Assembly (NCBI GenBank): GCA_035572475.1 | Contig: DATNAP010000045.1 | Location: 22,399-86,398 of the forward strand | DNA: 64,000 nucleotides | Direction: 5' to 3' | DNA from: Conexibacter sp. | GTDB taxonomy: Bacteria; Actinomycetota; Thermoleophilia; Solirubrobacterales; Solirubrobacteraceae | Shown: in pieces, positions 1 to 10,100 of the stretch | Layout of the letters: each line of letters opens with the position of its first letter | Numbering within the stretch: position 1 is the first letter of the stretch | Program-made: the position numbers and the translations under genes | Notes under the pieces: model-generated | Database searches by the model: none | What the model was told of the DNA's origin: nothing | What the model saw: the letters and a program-made list of their open reading frames with translations, nothing else

Positions 1-1
1 G

Positions 2-448
2 GACCTCGGCGCGCGCAAGATCCGCGAGGAGCTCGACGCGCTCCAGGTGCTCGGCGTCGACCCCGTCAAGAACCTCGTCGTGCCGCGCTTCCTCGCGCTG
101 ATGCTCGTGACCGGCCTGCTCGACGTCTACGCGCTGCTGGCCGGCATCGTCGGCGGGATCGCCGCGACGATCGTGAGCGGCGCGGGCGTCGGGCCGTTCT
201 TCGCCACCTTCCTGACGAACGCCTCCCCGACCGAGCTGTGGGCCTCGCTGCTGAAGTGCGTGCTGTTCGGCGGGATCGTCGCGATCGTCTGCTGCTACAA
301 GGGCATGACTGCCTCCGGCGGCGCCGAGGGCGTCGGGCGCGCCGTCAACCAGGCAATCGTGATCGTCCTGCTGGCCGTCGGCGCCTTCAACTTCATCTTC
401 ACGCAGACGCTGCTGGCGACCCACCCCGAGCTGAGCATCATCCGCTGA
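2..448 (+). CDS. MlaE/YrbE-family ABC permease (5'-truncated by window edge)
   Basis: Frame is open from base 2: DLGARKIREELDALQVLGVDP...GGAEGVGRAVN, typical YrbE/MlaE motifs with hydrophobic helices. Confidence 0.85.
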   Translation, partial: DLGARKIREELDALQVLGVDPVKNLVVPRFLALMLVTGLLDVYALLAGIVGGIAATIVSGAGVGPFFATFLTNASPTELWASLLKCVLFGGIVAIVCCYKGMTASGGAEGVGRAVNQAIVIVLLAVGAFNFIFTQTLLATHPELSIIR

Positions 449-459
449 GCGCACCGCTC

Positions 460-624
460 AATAGGGCTTGGCGGAACCCGCGTGAGCGGCTGGCGGATGC
501 CGGACCGAGCGGAGCGAGGACGCAGGGAGGCGGCAATAGCAGCGCTATTGCGCCGACTGAGGACGACGCATCCGCGAAGTGTCCGGCGCCGCCAGACGCC
601 GCGGGGGTTTCGCCAAGCCCTATT
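460..624. mobile_element. Palindromic MITE-like element (~165 bp)
   Basis: Terminal inverted repeats aatagggcttggcggaaccc / gggtttcgccaagccctatt. Nested internal IRs and a central gcaatagc-agc-gctattgc palindrome (533-551). Lies between convergent genes; no convincing coding frame. Confidence 0.6.
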
Positions 625-629
625 AAAGG

Positions 630-661
630 GCGAAGGGCCGGTGGGGGAACCGGCCCTTCGC
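630..661 (-). terminator. Intrinsic terminator hairpin downstream of groEL
   Basis: Perfect 13-bp stem gcgaagggccggt / accggcccttcgc followed on the minus strand by cctttaat. Confidence 0.7.
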
Positions 662-726
662 GGGGGGGGTACGTCAGGGGGAGATCGAAGGATCTCCGAC
701 GCGTCGGACGGAAGTCCGGCGCATCG

Positions 727-2358
<1,632 letters not shown>

Positions 2359-2382
2359 GTCTGTGTCGTTCTCCTGTGGCGC

Positions 2383-2676
2383 CTAGGACGTGACCTTGGC
2401 GAGCACGTCGGACTCGCGCAGGACCAGCAGGTCCTCGCCGTCGACCTTGATCTCGGTGCCGCCGTACTTGCTGTAGAGGACCTCGTCGCCCTCGGCGACG
2501 TCGAGCGGGACGCGCTTGTCGCCGTCCTCGTCCCACTTGCCATCGCCGACGGCGATGACCTTCCCCTTCTGGGGCTTCTCCTTGGCGGTGTCGGGGAGCA
2601 CGAGGCCGGAGGCGGTCGTCTCCTCCTCCTCGATCGCCCGCACGATCAGGCGATCGCCCAGGGGCTTGAGCTTCAT
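2383..2676 (-). CDS. groES: Co-chaperonin GroES
   Basis: MKLKPLGDR...[16 protein letters not shown]...YSKYGGTE; upstream ggagg RBS; alternative starts at 2679/2685. Confidence 0.98.
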   Translation of the reverse strand: MKLKPLGDRLIVRAIEEEETTASGLVLPDTAKEKPQKGKVIAVGDGKWDEDGDKRVPLDVAEGDEVLYSKYGGTEIKVDGEDLLVLRESDVLAKVTS

Positions 2677-2714
2677 GTGATGCAACCTCCGTGAAGGCAG
2701 TCAGGTCACCGTTT

Positions 2715-2741
2715 TTGGCACTCGCCCCACGCGAGTGCCAA
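2715..2741. promoter_or_regulatory. CIRCE element 1 (HrcA operator)
   Basis: ttggcactc-N9-gagtgccaa upstream of groES, matching TTAGCACTC-N9-GAGTGCTAA. Confidence 0.92.
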
Positions 2742-2764
2742 CAGACCGCGACTATAGCTCAAGC

Positions 2765-2791
2765 CTGGCACTCGCGCCACGCGAGTGCCAA
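2765..2791. promoter_or_regulatory. CIRCE element 2 (HrcA operator)
   Basis: ctggcactc-N9-gagtgccaa; a minus-strand TATAGT -10 box (2751-2756) lies between the two CIRCEs. Confidence 0.9.
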
Positions 2792-2797
2792 CAGAGC

Positions 2798-3196
2798 TCA
2801 GTTCTGCGCGCCGCCGACGCCGTGGATGCGGTCGCGGATCGGCGAGCTGGGCTCGACGATCTGCGAGAAGCGCACGACCGTCACGACGTCGTCGAGGTCG
2901 ACCGGGCGGTCGTAGATCTGCTGCAGGAAGCTCATCAGGTCTTCGACGCGCCGGAACTCGGGGTTGTCGTGCTCGACGTCGCGCGGGGAGAGGTCCCGCA
3001 TGCGCTTGACTTCGACCGAGTCGATGACCGCGTGGAAGATCTTCTCGCGCGGCGAGTACTGGTAGCCGATCGTCACGAGCACGCAGTCGTTCTTGCGATA
3101 CTTGTGCGACTTGTCGCCGAGCCGGATCGTCGCCGTCTTGCGGCCGCGCCTGAGCTGATCGGCGAACACGGCCGAGTAGAAGTTGAGGACCCGCAT
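2798..3196 (-). CDS. ASCH-domain protein
   Basis: F..QLRRGRKTATIR (GxKxxTxR ASCH motif), 132 aa. Confidence 0.8.
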   Translation of the reverse strand: MRVLNFYSAVFADQLRRGRKTATIRLGDKSHKYRKNDCVLVTIGYQYSPREKIFHAVIDSVEVKRMRDLSPRDVEHDNPEFRRVEDLMSFLQQIYDRPVDLDDVVTVVRFSQIVEPSSPIRDRIHGVGGAQN

Positions 3197-3208
3197 GCGG
3201 CGCTCAGC

Positions 3209-3688
3209 CTACCGGTCGCGCGCGATCGCCGACAATGCGCGCTCCGCCATCTCGCGCTCGCCGTCGTAGCTGAGCGCCTCGACCGCCTCCGACAGCGGCA
3301 TCCAGCGCGCCTCCTCGACCTCGTCGTCATGGTCGTCGAGCGAGCCGTCGCGGTAGGCGAACAGGTAGAAGGTGACGCGCTTGAAGATGCGCTTGCCGTC
3401 GCGCTGGTAGAAGTAGCGCACGTCGCCGAGCTTCTCCACGAGGTCGGCGTCGACGCCCGTCTCCTCGCGCACCTCGCGCCGCGCCGTGCGGTCGGGCGTC
3501 TCGCCCGGGTCGACATGGCCCTTCGGCAGCGCCAGCACCTTCTGCCCCTGCGCCCCCCGGCGCGTCGGCACGATCACGATCGTCTCGTCGCCTCTGACGA
3601 CGACCCCGCCGGCCGAGCGCTCCTGCTCGTCCCCGCGTCTGCCGCCGCGCAGGCGTCCGCGTTGCTTCGCGCCGCCGCTAGAACACAT
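3209..3688 (-). CDS. NUDIX hydrolase
   Basis: Nudix box GHVDPGETPDRTARREVREETG; start uncertain. Confidence 0.9.
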   Translation of the reverse strand: MCSSGGAKQRGRLRGGRRGDEQERSAGGVVVRGDETIVIVPTRRGAQGQKVLALPKGHVDPGETPDRTARREVREETGVDADLVEKLGDVRYFYQRDGKRIFKRVTFYLFAYRDGSLDDHDDEVEEARWMPLSEAVEALSYDGEREMAERALSAIARDR

Positions 3689-4376
3689 AGCGGTCGAGCG
3701 CGGACGGATCGTGGACGATCAGCTTGCCGCGCCCCTGCTCGATCACGCCCGCGCGCTCGAGCACGGCGAGGAAGCGGCTCGCCGACTCGCGCGAGGAGCC
3801 GGCCAGCTTGGCGACGTCCGCCTGCGTCGCGACCACGAGCACCTCGCGTTCGCCGGCCCCCTCCTCCTGCGCCTCGGCGACGAGCTGCGTCAGCACCGTC
3901 GCGACGCGGCTCTGGACCGTCTGGAACGACTGGCTCGCGACGCGCGCGTTCATCGCCCGCAGGCGCCGGCCGAGCGAGACGACGATCCCGACCGCGATGC
4001 CGGGGTGCTCGCGCATCAGGCGGTGCATGTCGGCGCCGAGCAGCGCGACCGCCTCGACCGCGTCGAGCGTCTCGACCGTCGCCGAGCGCTTCTCGTCCTC
4101 GAACATCGCCAGCTCGCCGAAGATGTCGCCCGGGCCGAAGTTCGCGAGCGTGATCGCGCGGCCGTCCACGTGATCGCGGATCGCGCGCGCGTGACCATGT
4201 TTGACGACGTAGCAGGTGTCGCTCTGGTCGCCCTCGCGGAAGACGACCTGGCCCGGCTCCCAGGCGCGCGGCACCGCCACCTCCGCGACGTGCGAGAGCT
4301 CCTCGGGACCGAGCGCCTCGAACGTCGGGACGCGCGCGAGCAGCGCGATCGTGTCCTCCATGCTCGTCGCCGCCAC
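3678..4376 (-). CDS. Crp/Fnr-family transcriptional regulator
   Basis: cNMP-binding motif FGELAMFEDEKRSAT; C-terminal HTH TQADVAKLAGSSRESASR. Confidence 0.93.
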   Translation of the reverse strand: MAATSMEDTIALLARVPTFEALGPEELSHVAEVAVPRAWEPGQVVFREGDQSDTCYVVKHGHARAIRDHVDGRAITLANFGPGDIFGELAMFEDEKRSATVETLDAVEAVALLGADMHRLMREHPGIAVGIVVSLGRRLRAMNARVASQSFQTVQSRVATVLTQLVAEAQEEGAGEREVLVVATQADVAKLAGSSRESASRFLAVLERAGVIEQGRGKLIVHDPSALDRYVF

Positions 4377-4401
4377 ACCTCGTATGTATCAGGTGGCGAG
4401 G

Positions 4402-5154
4402 CTATACGCGGGCGTGCACGCCGAACAACCGCGGATCGTTCGTGATCACGCCCGTCACGCCCAGCGCTTCGAGCGCACGGATGCGCGGCTCCTCGTCGAC
4501 CGTCCACACGTACAGCTCGCCGCGCGCCTCGCGGATCGATTCGACCAGGCGCCGCGTGACGAGCCGCCAGTGCACCATCAATGCGTCGCAGCGTCCGGCG
4601 CGCAGCGCGCTCGCGGCCCGGCCGGGCAGTATCCGCCGCGCGACGAGGATCGCCGCCAGCGCCGGCGCGACGTACAGCATCGACTGCGTGTAGTCGCGCC
4701 GCGCGCGCGGGACCGACCAGCCGAGCCGCAGCGCCGGCTCCAGCCGTCGGATGCGCACGAGGCTCTCGAGGTAGGTGGAGGAGACGAGCGAGCGCTCGAC
4801 CAGCCCGTGCTCGCGCAGCGCCGTCACCACGCGCGCCTCGTAGCCGGGGAGCTTCAGGTCGACGTCGAACTCGAGCGACGCGAACGCCGGCGAGGCGAGG
4901 TGCGCGAGCCCCTCATCGAGCGTCAGCGGCTGGCGCGAGCACGCGTCGCGATAGTCGTGCGCGAGCAGCAGCTCGCCGTGCTCGGGATCGGGACGGCGCT
5001 CGGGACCGAGCGCGGGCAGCACGTCGAACTCGATCATGTCGACGCCGTGCGCGAGCGCGGCGTCGAAGCTCTCACGCGTGTTGCCGGGCTCGATCAGGTC
5101 CGCTCCCTTGTGCCCGACGCGGCGCAGGCCGGCCGGCGTGGTGCGCGGTCTCAA
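4402..5154 (-). CDS. Glycerophosphodiester phosphodiesterase (GDPD) family
   Basis: GHKGA..PGNT, IEFDV, DVDLK, WTVD, GVITND motifs; in-frame TTG overlaps the nei stop. Confidence 0.88.
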   Translation of the reverse strand: MRPRTTPAGLRRVGHKGADLIEPGNTRESFDAALAHGVDMIEFDVLPALGPERRPDPEHGELLLAHDYRDACSRQPLTLDEGLAHLASPAFASLEFDVDLKLPGYEARVVTALREHGLVERSLVSSTYLESLVRIRRLEPALRLGWSVPRARRDYTQSMLYVAPALAAILVARRILPGRAASALRAGRCDALMVHWRLVTRRLVESIREARGELYVWTVDEEPRIRALEALGVTGVITNDPRLFGVHARV

Positions 5155-5930
5155 CGCTGGCATCCCGGGCACCAGAAGGTCGTGCGGTTGTCGTCGCCCT
5201 GCCCGCGCGCCTCGATGCGCGTGCCGCAGCGTGGGCACGGACGGCCGGCGCGGTCGTGGACACGGCGGGCCTCAGCGCGCGGTCCCGCGAGCGCGGCGGC
5301 CGCAAGCATGCGCGGCCGGACGTCGGCGATCACCGCGAGCGTCTCCGCGTCGGTGACGTCGCGGAGCTTGCGCCACGGATCGAGCTGCGCCCCCCAGCAG
5401 CCCTCGGTCTTCCAGATGTTGCCGAGGCCGGCGACGATCCGCTGGTCGAGCAAGGCGTCGCCGAGCGGGCGCGTCGGGTCGTCGGCACGCAGCCGCTTGA
5501 GGAACGCGGCCTCGTCGAATGCGTCGGCGAGCACGTCGGGGCCGAGCGCGGCGAGCCGCTGGTCGAAGCGCGTACGGCCCGCGGTCATCAACTCCAGCAC
5601 GGGCCCGTCGAACTCGACGACCTCGTGTCCGCGAGCGCGCACGACGAGCCACGCGCGGTGGGGCGCACGCCGCCATCGCAGGCCCTGCGCGTGCACGGCC
5701 CACGCGCCGGTCATGCGCAGATGCGAATGCAGCACGAGGTCGCCTTCGAAGCGCACGAACAGATGCTTCCCGTGCGTGTCGACGTGCGTCACCGCGCGGC
5801 CGCGCAGCCGCTCGGGCCACCGGTCGCGCGCGTGCCGCGCCTGCGGCGTGAGGATCTCGTCGGGCACGGCGCCCTCCAGCACCGGCCGGATGCGCCTGGC
5901 CGCTCGCAGGATCGTGTCGCCCTCGGGCAT
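5151..5930 (-). CDS. nei: Fpg/Nei-family DNA glycosylase/AP lyase
   Basis: N-terminal MPEG, HGKHL, HLRMTG, H2TH LLDQRIVAGLGNIW, C4 zinc finger CPRC...CPGC. Confidence 0.93.
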   Translation of the reverse strand: MPEGDTILRAARRIRPVLEGAVPDEILTPQARHARDRWPERLRGRAVTHVDTHGKHLFVRFEGDLVLHSHLRMTGAWAVHAQGLRWRRAPHRAWLVVRARGHEVVEFDGPVLELMTAGRTRFDQRLAALGPDVLADAFDEAAFLKRLRADDPTRPLGDALLDQRIVAGLGNIWKTEGCWGAQLDPWRKLRDVTDAETLAVIADVRPRMLAAAALAGPRAEARRVHDRAGRPCPRCGTRIEARGQGDDNRTTFWCPGCQR

Positions 5931-5979
5931 GCGTCCAGAGTAGGGCGCGCCGGCAACCGGCGTGCGGGGTCGCACGCCG

Positions 5980-6609
5980 TCACACGAGCGTCGCGTCGGC
6001 TGAAGGCAGATCGGAGTCGCCTTCGCCGCCGCCGGCCATCGCCGGGCTGTGCTCGCGATAGCGTCTCGTCAGCTCCCTGATCGCATGCATGCCGCGATGC
6101 GCGTAGTACCCGAGGCCGACGAAGTCGATCGTCTCGCCGTAGGCGAGGGCGATCCACTGCCGCTTGGCGATCAGCAGGGACCCGCCGAGGATCGGTCCGA
6201 CCGCAAAGGCGATCAGCAGCGTCGCGGCGAACGCAAACGGATAGCCGCTGTCTCCGAGCCGGAAGCGGCTGCCGCGCGTGCTCTCCCACCCGACGAAGCC
6301 GGGCAGCGAGTCCCCGAACCTGGCGGCGAGCTCGCCCTCGAGCTGCTGCAGGTACAGCCGCGTGTCGATCACGCGGCGGGCCGGCACGGCGATCACGACG
6401 CTCCCGAGCACGATCAGCACGGGGACGACGAGCATCAGGATGACCGCGCCCCCGGTGGCGCTGCGCTGAGCGGCGACCAGCCCCAGGCCGATGCTCACGC
6501 CGACCGAGCCGAGGCCCCACTGCATGATCGTCTGCATCTGCGTGAGGGCGTCCAGGCTCTCCTGGCGCACGGTGCGGTACTGCTCGGTCAGGAGGTCGAC
6601 CGCGTCCAC
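5980..6609 (-). CDS. Hypothetical membrane protein (about 4 TM)
   Basis: 209-aa ORF with hydrophobic segments; TAAAGT box 6 nt before GTG. Confidence 0.65.
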   Translation of the reverse strand: MDAVDLLTEQYRTVRQESLDALTQMQTIMQWGLGSVGVSIGLGLVAAQRSATGGAVILMLVVPVLIVLGSVVIAVPARRVIDTRLYLQQLEGELAARFGDSLPGFVGWESTRGSRFRLGDSGYPFAFAATLLIAFAVGPILGGSLLIAKRQWIALAYGETIDFVGLGYYAHRGMHAIRELTRRYREHSPAMAGGGEGDSDLPSADATLV

Positions 6610-6665
6610 GCGCCGACTTTACCCCGGAAGTTGGATCGCTGTGACGGTGGCGTGCGACCGGCCGC

Positions 6666-7094
6666 TCAGGCGGCCGGTTCGACGGGCACGTCGGACGGCG
6701 GCGGGACCTCCTGCGGGGGCGCGCCCTCGGTCGCCTCCCAGGAGACGTAGGCCCGGCCGTCGCGGCCCTCGTGCGGCGCCGAGCCGCCGAGCGCGAGCAG
6801 CACCAGCCGCTGCGGGCGGCGGTTGACGAGCTGGCGGCGGATGTCCGGCGCGACGCGCACGACGCCACCGGTCGGCACGCGGCGCTCCTCGCCTTCGAGC
6901 ATCAGCGCCAGCTCGCCCTCGAGCACGACGTAGACCTCCTCCTGGTGCTCGTGGCGGTGGATGCGCCCGACCTGGCCGGGCTGCATGACCACGAGGTTCA
7001 TCCCGAACGTCGAGACGCCGAGCTCCGCCCGCAGTCGCTGGAAGCGCTCGCCGGAGTCGGGGTCGAGCTGCGAAAAGCCGGTTCCCGGTTCCAT
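6666..7094 (-). CDS. Cupin-domain protein
   Basis: HRHEHQEEVYVVLEG cupin motif; TAGGAT 7 nt upstream of ATG 7094. Confidence 0.85.
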   Translation of the reverse strand: MEPGTGFSQLDPDSGERFQRLRAELGVSTFGMNLVVMQPGQVGRIHRHEHQEEVYVVLEGELALMLEGEERRVPTGGVVRVAPDIRRQLVNRRPQRLVLLALGGSAPHEGRDGRAYVSWEATEGAPPQEVPPPSDVPVEPAA

Positions 7095-7108
7095 GGCGCC
7101 CATCCTAC

Positions 7109-10100
7109 TCACGCGCTCAGGGTGAGCCGTCGGGGACCGGCGCGGAAGCCGACCTCGGCGAGGGCGGCCTCCCACGGCGTGCCCATCACCGGCTCGCCGT
7201 CGACCTTCTCGAGCGCGATGCGTCTGATGCGGCCGGCGGTCGCGTGGTCGACGAGCGCCTGCAGCGCCGGCGGGATGCGCGCGTCGCCGGGCTCGACGAG
7301 CGTCTGCAGCGCCTTCCCGCCGCGCTCCAGATAGAGGACCGGCTCCGCGCCGGCGAGCACGACGAGCGCGCCCGGCGTGCGCGACGGACGGCGGCCGGCG
7401 CGGTCGGCGCCCGCGCGCTTCGGCCACGGCAGCGCCGCGCCATACGGCTGCGCCGGATCGGTCGCGGCGAGCACGAGCGGCTCGGCCTCCTCCGGCGCCT
7501 TCTGCGCGCGCAGCCGCTCGACCGCGCCCGGCAGCGCGAACTGCGCGCCGCCGAGCCCCTCGACGAAGTAGCCGCGGCGTGCGATCCCGAGCGTCTCCAG
7601 CTGCGACAGCTCCGGGTAGATCGCGGAGAAGCCGCCGGGGACGCCCTCGGCGAGGACCAGCTCGCGGGTCAGGATGCCGTAGCGCTCGAGCAGCAACTCG
7701 GCGAGCGCGCGGCGGCGAGCGCTCGGATCGACCGGCTGGGCAGGGACGTCGAACAAGCGCTCCGTGAGCGACCAGCGTCCCTGCACCTGCGCATGGGCGC
7801 CCCCACGGCGACTGCTGAAGCGCCGGCCGGCGCGCGGTGAACGCGACGCCGCCCGCTGCGCCCGCGCGAGCGTGAGGCGCGGCGCGCGCAGCGGCGCGAA
7901 GGCGTCGTTCGTGACGACGCCGGCCCACGCGAGGTCCCACAGCGCCTCCTGCAACTCCTCCGGCGCGAGGTCGACGTCGATCAGCAGGTCGGTGAAGAAG
8001 CGCGACCCTCGTTCCAGCCGTTCGCGCACCGCGGCGTGCGCGGGCGTGTCCGGCGGCTCGGCTCTCTGCGGCGGCGGGCCGATCAGCGGCGCGTCCTCGC
8101 GGAAGTACAGGGCGACCCGCCCGCTGTTGCGTCCCAGCGCGCCCGCACCGACCCACACCAGCTCGCCGCTCGCGCACAGCGCGTCGATCCACGTCGCCGA
8201 GTAGGCGCCGACGCGGCGCGGCAGCACCTCGTGCTCCCACGTCTCGGGCGTCAGCGCGAGGCCCTGGAGCGGCACGAGCTGCTCGCGCAGACGATCCACG
8301 CCCGCACCGCCCGCCGGATGCTTGTCGACCCCCTGCCACGACGGCAGGAAGGCCGCGAAGGCGCGCTGATCGGCCGGCTCGATCTCCTTGCGCAGAACGG
8401 CGAGCGAGGCGCGGCGCAGGCGGCGGAGCACGTCCGCGTCGCACCACTCGCGCTCGCAACCCGTCCCACCCACCCCCAGCTCGCCGCGCACGAGCTCGCC
8501 GGCGCGCTCCAGCTCGGCGAGCGCGGGCGTGACGTCGAGCCCGTACCGGGCGCGCGGGTCGGCGGTCGGGAACGGGCCGTGCGTCTGCGCGTAGCGGCGC
8601 ATGAGGCGCACGAGCGCGTCGGGGACGTCGTCGAGGAACGCGCCGGGAAGCCCGCCGGGCGGGACGATCCCGAGCGCGTCGCGGTACAGGCCCGCGTCGG
8701 CCGCGTCGATCCAGCGCCGCTCGCCGCCGATTCGCACGAGCACGGCGCGCCGCTCGCGCTCCAGCTCGGCCAGGAGGGCGTCGGCGTCGATCCCTTGGTG
8801 CACGCGCTGCGCCGCCTCGGCGGCGGTCAGGTCGCCGCCACGGCGCAGCACGTCGTGCAGCTCGTCGCGCGTGGCGGCGCGGGTGCGCTCGGAGCGGTGC
8901 TGGAGGTCGTCCTCCACCTGCTCCAACGCGTCCGCGTCGATCAGCTCGCGCAGCTCCTCCTGGCCGAGCAGCTCGCGCAGCAGGTCGCGGTCGAGCGAGA
9001 GGGCGGCCGCGCGCCGCTCGGCGTTCGGCGTGTCGCCCTCGTACATGTACGTCGCGACGTAGTCGAACAACAAGGACGAGGCAAACGGAGACGCAGTCGC
9101 GGTCTCCACCTCGACCACAGAGATCTCGCGGCGGTGAAGCGCGGTCAGGAGGTCCCGGAGGCCGGGAAGATCAAGAACGTCTCGGAGACACTCTCGATAC
9201 GTCTCCAAGATGATCGGAAACTCGCCGTAGCGCTTGGCGACCTCCAGCAGCGTCTGCGACTTCAGCCGCTGCTGCCACAGCGGCGTGCGCTTGCCCGGGT
9301 ACGCGCGCGGGATCAGCAGCGAACGACCGGCGTTCTCGCGGAAGCGCGCGCCGAACAGGGCGCTGCCGCTCAGCTCCGCGACGACCGCGTCCTCCAGCTC
9401 GTCCGGCTCGATCAGCGCCACGTCCGCCCCGGGCGGCTCGTCCGCGTCGGGCAGGTGGACGATGATCCCGTCGTCGGACCAGATCGCGTCGGCCTCCAGC
9501 CCGAGCTGGTCGCGGATGCGGGCGGACAGCGCGAGCCCCCACGCCGCGTGGATGCGGCCGCCGTACGGGGACAGCACGCACAGCCGCCAGTCGCCGATCT
9601 CGTCGCGGAAGCGCTCGATCACGATGGTGCGGTCGGACGGGATCACGCGCGTCGCCTGCTGCTGCTCTGCCAGGTAGTCGAGCAGGTTGCGCGCGGCCAG
9701 CTCGTCGAGGTCGTAGTCGCGCGCGAGCTGCTCGGCCGATCTGTCGACGGCGGTGCGGGCGAATCTGCCGATCGCCTCGCCCAGCTCCTTCGGCCGGCCG
9801 ACGCCGTCGCCCTTCCAGAACGGGATCGCGCCCGGCGCGCCCGGCGCGGGCGTGACGACCACGCGGTCGCGGCCGATCTCCTCGATCCGCCAGGACGACG
9901 CGCCGAGCAGGAACGTCTGGCCGGGACGCGCCTCGTAGACCATCTCCTCGTCCAGCTCGCCGACGCGGCGGCCGTCCGGAAGCGTGACCATGTACAGGCC
10001 GCGGTCGGGGATCGTGCCGGCGTTCGTGACGGCGAGCGCCCGAGCGCCTCTGCGCGGGCGGATCGTGCCGGCGACCCGGTCCCACACGATCCGCGGGCGC

